DNA of 35,687 nucleotides from Candidatus Falkowbacteria bacterium (lineage in GTDB: Bacteria > Patescibacteriota > Patescibacteriia > Patescibacteriales > UBA12075), in assembly GCA_030600505.1 (NCBI GenBank), contig JAUVLY010000001.1:1-35687 (forward strand). Direction: 5' to 3'. This document shows, piece by piece, positions 30,021 to 35,687 of the stretch. The notes beneath the pieces were generated by a model. The model made no database searches, had not been told where the DNA came from, and worked only from the letters and a program-made list of their open reading frames with translations. The position numbers were made by a program, and so were the translations under genes. Within the stretch, counting starts at the first letter, position 1. Each line of letters starts with the position of its first letter.

Positions 30021-30031
30021 ATAATTTTAAA

Positions 30032-30055
30032 ATTAATCGCACGATTAATCGCACG
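30032..30055 (+). promoter_or_regulatory. tandem 12-nt direct repeat upstream of the AbrB-like ORF
   Basis: ATTAATCGCACG occurs twice (30032-30043 and 30044-30055). The second copy runs into ACGAAT (30053-30058). It ends 6 nt before the ATG at 30062. Confidence 0.4.
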
Positions 30056-30061
30056 AATTAT

Positions 30062-30235
30062 ATGGGAAGAAGAACAAAGGAAAATATTCGTAAAATTCAA
30101 AGATCAAGCAGTATGTATTACGTCAGCATTCCGATAGCAATTGCCCGGGAGATGAAATTGCGTGAGCGGCAAAAGGTAGTAGTGGATTATGACAAGCGCC
30201 GTAAGCGGATAATAATAAAAGATTGGCAGAAGTAA
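30062..30235 (+). CDS. small SpoVT/AbrB-like DNA-binding protein (57 aa), missing from the ORF track
   Basis: MGRRTKENIRKIQRSSSMYYVSIPIAIAREMKLRERQKVVVDYDKRRKRIIIKDWQK. The YYVSIPIAIAREMKL..RQKV.V pattern resembles the swapped-hairpin AbrB/MazE fold. The stop is 2 nt before the tsaC ATG. Confidence 0.5.
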   Translation: MGRRTKENIRKIQRSSSMYYVSIPIAIAREMKLRERQKVVVDYDKRRKRIIIKDWQK

Positions 30236-30237
30236 GC

Positions 30238-30903
30238 ATGGAAATAATTAAGATAGATCTTAAAAAAGAAAAGACTTGGGAGATTGAGTTGATCCGTGAT
30301 TATTTGCAGCGTGGAAAAACCATTGCCTATCCCACGGAAACGGTTTATGGCCTGGGTTGCGCCGCCACTAAGGCAAGCGCGGTAAAAAGGGTGCATAAGA
30401 TCAAGCGCAGTCCGATTACTAAACCTTTAATTATTCTTATCAAAAGCTATTGCCAGCTGCATGATATTTGCTATGTAAGCGCTAAGCAAGATAAATATAT
30501 TCGCTCTGTTTGGCCGCGTACCACTAGAGAAGCCCAAAGTTCGGAATATGTACATAATCAACGGCCGACTACCTTTATTTTGCGCAGTCGAGGAGTATTG
30601 CCCGGCATTGTCAGTGGCAATGGAGATTCTTTAGCGGTTCGAATACCTACGGCTAATATTAGCCAGGACTTGCCAAAAAAGCAATTTCTTATTAAAATAT
30701 TAAAGAAGCTTAATGCCCCTTTGATCTCAACAAGCTTAAACAAGCATTGCCAGAAGCCTCCGGCTAGGCTTAGTCAGACAGAGAAATACTTTGTTCCGTT
30801 TACTCCGGATTTATTGATTGACGCCGGACCGTTGACAAAAAAGGCTACATCACGGATAATAGATATAAGAGATATTAATAATATAAATATTTTAAGAAAG
30901 TAG
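30238..30903 (+). CDS. tsaC: L-threonylcarbamoyladenylate synthase (TsaC/YrdC family)
   Basis: GKTIAYPTETVYGLGCAATKASAVKRVHKIKRSPITKPLIILI is the YrdC signature. ATG at 30238 is preferred over the track start at 30223. Confidence 0.8.
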   Translation: MEIIKIDLKKEKTWEIELIRDYLQRGKTIAYPTETVYGLGCAATKASAVKRVHKIKRSPITKPLIILIKSYCQLHDICYVSAKQDKYIRSVWPRTTREAQSSEYVHNQRPTTFILRSRGVLPGIVSGNGDSLAVRIPTANISQDLPKKQFLIKILKKLNAPLISTSLNKHCQKPPARLSQTEKYFVPFTPDLLIDAGPLTKKATSRIIDIRDINNINILRK

Positions 30904-30935
30904 TAAAGTAATTAATTATTTCATTTCAAAAAACT

Positions 30936-31076
30936 ATGGGATTAATGGACACACTCAAAAAAATGTTTGGTGGTGGAGGTGATTCCCCAGCTGAAGCACC
31001 ACAAGAAGAAAGCATGGAAGCTCCAAAAGAAGAAAGCACTGAAGCTTCTAGCGAAGAAGAAAATACTCAAATGTAG
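30936..31076 (+). CDS. possible 46-aa acidic peptide (weak)
   Basis: MGLMDTLKKMFGGGGDSPAEAPQEESMEAPKEESTEASSEEENTQM. No RBS. The hairpin terminator at 31097-31154 follows it. It competes with the overlapping basic ORF 30967..31170. Confidence 0.3.
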   Translation: MGLMDTLKKMFGGGGDSPAEAPQEESMEAPKEESTEASSEEENTQM

Positions 31077-31096
31077 TTTTCTTTTGAAAATACTTT

Positions 31097-31154
31097 CCCC
31101 GTTAAGGACGCTGGGTGTTAAGTTTCTACTATCCAGCCTCTTTAACGGGGTTTT
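31097..31154 (+). terminator. hairpin terminator
   Basis: CCCCGTTAA (31097-31105) pairs with TTAACGGGG (31142-31150), then TTTT. Confidence 0.55.
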
Positions 31155-31245
31155 AGTTGCACGCGAATAGCGCAAACGCGAATGCGCCCACACGAATACA
31201 CATAAAATTATATTCGCGGCATTCGTGTACATTCGCGTATTAGTG
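31155..31245. repeat. RCGAAT/ATTCGY palindromic cluster (copy E of the family plus an inverted partner)
   Basis: GCGCA...TGCGC hairpin (31170-31187) and CCACACGAAT (31188-31197), followed by the inverted TATTCGCGGCATTCGTGTACATTCGCG (31210-31237). It ends 3 nt before the tatD ATG. Confidence 0.6.
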
Positions 31246-31247
31246 TT

Positions 31248-32117
31248 ATGTTTGTAGACACTCACGCCCACTTAAATTTGAATTCCTTTAAAGATGACGC
31301 GGACGAAGTAATTCAACGGGCCTTGCAAAAGGATACTTGGATGATTAACGTCGGTGCGGATTTTAAGTCCAGCCGGCGGGCTTTGGATTACGCCAATAAG
31401 TATGAACGCGGGGTATTTGCCGCTGTCGGTTTGCATCCAATGCATTTATTTAAGTTTAATGCCAAAACAGATGAATATGATTTTAGCACCCGGGGCGAAG
31501 AGTTTAATTATGACGCTTATGAGCAATTAGCCAAATTCCCTAAGGTCGTAGCGGTCGGGGAGGTGGGATTGGATTTCTACCATATGGACATTGGAGTGGC
31601 TAAGGACAAGATTATAAAATTGCAAAAAGAAGTTTTGTGGCAACAGCTGCTTTTGGCCCGTCGTTTGGATTTGCCAATCATATTCCACAGTCGTAAGTCA
31701 TATGACGAGTTGGTTGAATTAATAAAAAGATTTAAAAAAGAACATCGCGATTTAATGCCAAAAGATAAGCCCTCCTACGCTAAAGCTACGAAGGACAAGC
31801 CCTGGGGAGTAGTGCATTGCTTTGAAGGGAGCGAAGATGAAGCTTGGCGTTTTTTAAATTTGGGTTTAATGGTGTCATTTACCGGTTTGATTACTTTTAG
31901 CAAGCGTTTTGACGATTTAATTAGGCGCTTGCCTAATGATAAGTTCATGGTCGAGACTGACTGCCCTTTCTTAGCGCCCGAGCCGCATCGCGGTCAGCGC
32001 AATGAACCATTATTTGTTAAGCATATTGCCGAGCGTATTGCCCAGATCAAAAATTTAAGCCTAGAACAAATCGCGGAAATAACCACTACAAATGCCAGAA
32101 AGTTTTTTAATATATAG
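31248..32117 (+). CDS. tatD: TatD family metal-dependent hydrolase/DNase
   Basis: FVDTHAHLN, VGEVGLDF, IFHSR, VHCFEGS and ETDCPFLAP. 289 aa with an insertion of about 20 aa (KDKPSYAKATKDKP) before the HCF motif. Confidence 0.9.
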   Translation: MFVDTHAHLNLNSFKDDADEVIQRALQKDTWMINVGADFKSSRRALDYANKYERGVFAAVGLHPMHLFKFNAKTDEYDFSTRGEEFNYDAYEQLAKFPKVVAVGEVGLDFYHMDIGVAKDKIIKLQKEVLWQQLLLARRLDLPIIFHSRKSYDELVELIKRFKKEHRDLMPKDKPSYAKATKDKPWGVVHCFEGSEDEAWRFLNLGLMVSFTGLITFSKRFDDLIRRLPNDKFMVETDCPFLAPEPHRGQRNEPLFVKHIAERIAQIKNLSLEQIAEITTTNARKFFNI

Positions 32118-32238
32118 AGCACACTCAAATCTACGAATTCATTTCAAATCTACAAATAAATTAATTAAGTTGATTTTCCTATATTTGTAGATTTGTAGCT
32201 ACATTTGCAGATTTGAGTGCTTGCAGATTTGAGTGCTC
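32118..32238. repeat. long imperfect hairpin immediately after tatD
   Basis: The left arm AGCACACTCAAATCTACGAATTCATTTCAAATCTACAAATA is approximately complementary to TATTTGTAGATTTGTAGCTACATTTGCAGATTTGAGTGCTTGCAGATTTGAGTGCT. Confidence 0.65.
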
Positions 32239-32297
32239 AAAACCAAAAATATTTTTACCCCTTGACTTTTAGGGGTTTTTGACTACAATATAACTAG

Positions 32298-32326
32298 GCG
32301 AATATTTAGGTTTTATTCGCTATAAT
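32298..32326 (+). promoter_or_regulatory. putative atp operon promoter with an overlapping GCGAATA/TATTCGC palindrome
   Basis: GCGAATA (32298-32304), 9 nt, TATTCGC (32314-32320), directly abutting TATAAT (32321-32326). An alternative upstream promoter is TTGACT (32262-32267), 16 nt, TACAAT (32284-32289). Confidence 0.45.
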
Positions 32327-32378
32327 ATATGTGAATTGCCAAGGGCGTATATGCCCTTGCTGTTTGTTTTTTGCGCGT

Positions 32379-32663
32379 ATGGGAGAAATAAAGCAAGATC
32401 CCCGTGTATCAGCTTGGTGGCAGCCGGCAATTATGGTTTTTTTTCGGCTTTCCGTTTGGATTGTGGTACCGGTATTATTAGGGACATTAATTGGCAAATG
32501 GCTGGATAATAAGCTTGATAGCGCCCCCTGGGGATTGATGGGAATAGTCGGCATTGCCTTTGTGATATCAATGGTGGGGTTGGTGATTGAGACGACGAAA
32601 GAGTATAAAAAGATCGTGGGAGACGAAAAAAATTCTAAATCCCAAATTATAAATAACAAATAA
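32379..32663 (+). CDS. atpI: AtpZ/AtpI-like small membrane protein of the ATP synthase operon
   Basis: 94 aa from the ATG at 32379. Two TM helices (RLSVWIVVPVLLGTLIGKWLD and GLMGIVGIAFVISMVGLVI). First gene of the atp cluster. Confidence 0.6.
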   Translation: MGEIKQDPRVSAWWQPAIMVFFRLSVWIVVPVLLGTLIGKWLDNKLDSAPWGLMGIVGIAFVISMVGLVIETTKEYKKIVGDEKNSKSQIINNK

Positions 32664-32760
32664 ATTCCAAGCACTAAATCCTAAATTCAAAACAGTTTGA
32701 ATATTTGGTTATTGGAATTTGATATTTATTTGTTATTTGGTGCTTGTAATTTATAATTTA
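32664..32760. repeat. intercistronic imperfect hairpin (atpI-atpB)
   Basis: The apex is ATTCAAA-ACAG-TTTGAAT (about 32683-32703). The arms extend into AAATTATAAATAACAAATAAATTCCAA and TTGGAATTTGATATTTATTTGTTATTT...TTATAATTT. Confidence 0.6.
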
Positions 32761-33699
32761 ATGGATAATATAGAGCCTACAATTGAACATTTTAGCGCAG
32801 AGGAAGATGTCTCTACCGAACATGTGACTGCCAATGAGCATGCCGAAATTGAAGAGCATGTCAGCGACGAACACGTTGTGGCTGATATTCACGAAGAGGT
32901 ATCCCATGACCACACCCTTTTTGCTGAACCAATATTTAACATTGGCAACTTTACCGTGACCAATTCGCTGCTCAATTCCTGGATTGTGGTTATTTTAGTG
33001 GTAATTATAGCTATCTTGGTCAAAAGAAATGTTAAGACAATACCCGGTAAAATCCAGAATATAATGGAAATGGTTGTGGATGGTTTTTTGGATATATTTG
33101 ATTCGGTTACCGGTTCGCGGGATAAGAGCCTTAAATTTTTCCCGCTGGTGTTTGCTTTTTTTGTTTTTATATTAATAAACAATTGGCTTGGCCTGCTTCC
33201 CGGCATTGGCTCTATCGGAAAAATTGCCGTGCACGACGGCCACGCTGCTTTTATCCCTTATTTCCGGGGCGGCACCGCGGATTTAAATACTACATTGGCC
33301 CTGGCCATAATTGGGGTCGTGTTTTCACATATATTCGGGGTAATGGCGCTGGGCGCGTGGAAGTATTTTAATAAGTTTATTAATATCAAGGCGCTTTTGG
33401 AAATTCCCAAGAAATTCAAGAAAGACCCAAGCGTTATAATTGTAAACCCGATCAAAGCTTTTGTCGGACTGATTGAAATAATCGGCGAGGCCGCCAAGGT
33501 GGCCAGCCTTTCTTTCCGGCTCTTTGGCAATATTTTTGCCGGCGAGGTTTTGCTTGCTTCAATGGCCGCGATTCTGGCTTTTGGCCTGCCCATCCCTTTC
33601 ATGTTTTTGGAAGTGATAGTCGGTCTAATTCAGGCTTTAATATTTGCCATGCTTATCCTGGCCTATCTCACCATGGCCACAAGCGCGGAAGAACATTAA
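32761..33699 (+). CDS. atpB: F0F1 ATP synthase subunit a
   Basis: 312 aa from the ATG at 32761. Conserved LSFRLFGNIFAGE (essential Arg). Five or six TM helices. Unusual acidic and His-rich N-terminal extension of about 55 aa. Confidence 0.9.
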   Translation: MDNIEPTIEHFSAEEDVSTEHVTANEHAEIEEHVSDEHVVADIHEEVSHDHTLFAEPIFNIGNFTVTNSLLNSWIVVILVVIIAILVKRNVKTIPGKIQNIMEMVVDGFLDIFDSVTGSRDKSLKFFPLVFAFFVFILINNWLGLLPGIGSIGKIAVHDGHAAFIPYFRGGTADLNTTLALAIIGVVFSHIFGVMALGAWKYFNKFINIKALLEIPKKFKKDPSVIIVNPIKAFVGLIEIIGEAAKVASLSFRLFGNIFAGEVLLASMAAILAFGLPIPFMFLEVIVGLIQALIFAMLILAYLTMATSAEEH

Positions 33700-34032
<333 letters not shown>

Positions 34033-34101
34033 GTGATTATTTAGTATTTTTACGGATGGGAGGTGAATTTCGCCTCTCAGTGTTAGAATATTAATAACCC
34101 C

Positions 34102-34195
34102 GTCATTCTGAACCCACGAAGTGGGTGAAGAATCCCGTCGAAAACATATTAACGTTATCATCGAGATCCTTCGTCGCTTTGCTCCTCAGGATGAC
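34102..34195. repeat. inverted pair of GTCATYCTGA...GAAGRATC elements between atpE and atpF
   Basis: 34102-34134 reads GTCATTCTGAACCCACGAAGTGGGTGAAGAATC and is itself a hairpin. The reverse complement of 34165-34195 reads GTCATCCTGAGGAGCAAAGCGACGAAGGATC. Confidence 0.6.
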
Positions 34196-34206
34196 ATTAC
34201 AAATAC

Positions 34207-34695
34207 ATGGACAGTCTAATCGACACATTTCATATCGACATTAAACTTTTAATTGCCCAAACAATTAATTTCGCTATCGTGATCTCGGTTTTGTATTTTT
34301 TCGCCCTTAAGCCTTTAATTAAAGTAATGAAAGACCGGACCGCGAAGATCGAGAAAAGCCTGGAAGACGCCAAAAAGATCGACGAGAAGCTGGATAAAAC
34401 TAACCGGGAGTATAAAAAGGTTTTGGCGGATGCCAAAAAGGAGGCTAATGCCATTTTGGAAAAAACACAGGAAGAATCAGAGGCTAAGCGCGTAGTTATG
34501 TTAAACCGGGCCAAAGAAGAGATCGGCGCGGTAATCAGTGAAGAAAAAGTTAAAATTCAACAGGAAAAAGCTAAGATGCTCAAAGAGGTCAAAACCGAAT
34601 TAGCCGACCTGGTAATTGCAAGCACCGAAAAAGTTTTAGAGAAAAAAATTGATTCTAAGCAGGATAGAGAAATGATTAAAAAGACAGTAAGATAA
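34207..34695 (+). CDS. atpF: F0F1 ATP synthase subunit b
   Basis: 162 aa. One N-terminal TM helix (LIAQTINFAIVISVLYFFALKPLI) followed by a long charged coiled-coil. Confidence 0.9.
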   Translation: MDSLIDTFHIDIKLLIAQTINFAIVISVLYFFALKPLIKVMKDRTAKIEKSLEDAKKIDEKLDKTNREYKKVLADAKKEANAILEKTQEESEAKRVVMLNRAKEEIGAVISEEKVKIQQEKAKMLKEVKTELADLVIASTEKVLEKKIDSKQDREMIKKTVR

Positions 34696-34756
34696 TCATA
34701 TTAATCTTATAAATCTTTGCAAAAAAATTAGCAGGGATTTATATGATTTATAAGAT

Positions 34757-35161
34757 ATGAGAAAAACAAGCAAACAATACGCCAACGCGTTATATAACAG
34801 CGTCTGTAGAGACGAGGCACTGCCTCGTCTAAGTATCGTTATCCAGGCCTTTGTTGAGATTTTGATTGCTGACAATATGATTAACCAGGCAGATAAAATA
34901 ATTAAAGAATTCATTAAAATTTGGAACAAGGAGAAGGGGATAGTGGAGGCAAATATTAAATCAACCAGAGAGCTGGATGAAGCGCAAATAAAATCTTTGA
35001 ATATATATATAAAGAAATTAGCCAAAGCCAGAATAGTAGAAATAAAAACCGCCGAGGACAAGAGTTTGCTCGGCGGGATTGTGATTCGTTATGGCGACAA
35101 GGTTCTGGACGCTAGCTTAAAGAACAGGCTAATAAATCTAAGACAAGAAATAAAGAAATAA
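34757..35161 (+). CDS. atpH: F0F1 ATP synthase subunit delta (short OSCP-like)
   Basis: 134 aa. N-terminus KQYANALYN. C-terminus GGIVIRYGDKVLDASLKNRLINL is typical of delta. Operon position between b and alpha. Confidence 0.8.
   Translation: MRKTSKQYANALYNSVCRDEALPRLSIVIQAFVEILIADNMINQADKIIKEFIKIWNKEKGIVEANIKSTRELDEAQIKSLNIYIKKLAKARIVEIKTAEDKSLLGGIVIRYGDKVLDASLKNRLINLRQEIKK
34806..34833 (+). repeat. GTAGAG-headed palindromic (REP-like) element, in frame within atpH
   Basis: GTAG-AGACGAGGCA-C-TGCCTCGTCT-AAG is a perfect 10-bp stem and encodes part of SVCRDEALPRLS. Confidence 0.65.
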
Positions 35162-35250
35162 ATTTATAAGTTGTAATTTGCAAACAATTTTGTTTATACC
35201 CGCAGGGTACTTTGTAAATTATAAATTATAAATTATAAATTTAAACACAT
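35162..35250. repeat. intercistronic imperfect hairpin (atpH-atpA)
   Basis: AATTTATAAGTTGTAATTTGCAAAC is approximately complementary to TACTTTGTAAATTATAAATTATAAATTATAAATT, with a GC-containing apex CCCGCAGGG. Confidence 0.5.
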
Positions 35251-35687
35251 ATGAGTAATACCAAAGAATTTATAGTAGAAGAATTAAAAAATCAAATCGC
35301 CGGTTTTAAGGCGGATGTTAAGGAAGAGACTGTGGGCACAGTAACCGAGGTCGGGGACGGCATTGCCCGTATTTCCGGTTTGTCGGACTGTATGATGAAT
35401 GAGATGCTTGAGTTTAGCTCCGCTAAACACACGGATGGACACGGATCAGAGACGAATAAACACGGATTAGAGAAAGTGTATGGGGTGGCACTTAATCTGG
35501 AAGAAGATATGGTGGGGGCGGTAATTTTGGGTGAGTTTGAGGGCGTAAAGGAAGGCGATCAGGTAAAGAGCACTAAGCGTATTTTGGAAGTACCGGTTGG
35601 CCAGCAAATGGTTGGCCGTGTAGTTAACGCGCTGGGTGAGCCGATTGACGGCCAGGGCGAAATTAATACGGATACTCATTATCCGAT
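35251..35687 (+). CDS. atpA: F0F1 ATP synthase subunit alpha (5' part, runs off the window)
   Basis: An open frame from the ATG at 35251 to the window end, absent from the ORF track because it has no stop. [32 protein letters not shown] and [21 protein letters not shown]. Contains an insertion of about 17 aa. Confidence 0.9.
   Translation, partial: MSNTKEFIVEELKNQIAGFKADVKEETVGTVTEVGDGIARISGLSDCMMNEMLEFSSAKHTDGHGSETNKHGLEKVYGVALNLEEDMVGAVILGEFEGVKEGDQVKSTKRILEVPVGQQMVGRVVNALGEPIDGQGEINTDTHYP

Noticed and set aside
30062-30903. The AbrB-like ORF plus its downstream gene considered as a toxin-antitoxin pair.
   Set aside because: The downstream gene carries the YrdC/TsaC signature (YPTETVYGLGC), not a toxin fold such as MazF, PIN or Doc.
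30967-31271. ORFs 30967..31170 (+, basic) and 30942..31271 (-).
   Set aside because: Both cross the 31097-31154 terminator hairpin and the RCGAAT repeat cluster. The overlapping acidic 46-aa frame ends before the terminator but is itself only weakly supported.

Overview
This is an AT-rich, tightly packed window, mostly coded on the + strand. It reads like a chromosome segment from a small-genome, CPR/Patescibacteria-type bacterium. That assignment is inference from many short orphan genes, frequent absence of Shine-Dalgarno sequences, an intron-encoded HNH endonuclease and abundant intergenic hairpin repeats. The standard genetic code fits. I saw no rRNA, CRISPR array, transposase or integrase.

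Recognisable housekeeping genes:
- rsmI, a NUDIX hydrolase, metG, cvpA, tsaC and tatD.
- An F1Fo ATP synthase operon, atpZ/I-B-E-F-H-A, with atpA truncated at the window end.

Envelope and transport genes:
- An OpgB-like phosphoglycerol transferase fused to a GDPD domain.
- A LysM-RlpA protein, a hemolysin-III/PAQR protein and a ZIP metal transporter.

Other content: a PAS histidine kinase with a stand-alone receiver, several secreted proteins (one Kazal-like, one extremely Cys-rich), and an island of small orphan genes at about 11-14.6 kb.

Most noteworthy observations:
1. A translationally coupled operon encodes a radical-SAM enzyme, a 14-repeat WD40 double-propeller protein and a monothiol glutaredoxin with a CWFS active site (1825-4915). 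I cannot assign it to any known pathway.
2. Immediately downstream is a tRNA-Asn(GUU) gene on the minus strand. A 599-nt group I intron carrying an HNH homing-endonuclease ORF splits its anticodon loop. P1, P10, P2 and Q/R/S-like core elements are readable by eye.
3. At least five distinct short repeat or hairpin families are present. Some show compensatory stem changes between copies. Some fill the intercistronic gaps of the ATP synthase operon exactly. Several sit in frame inside housekeeping genes (rsmI, tatD, atpH, atpA).

All product calls rest on motifs read by eye. No database search was possible.
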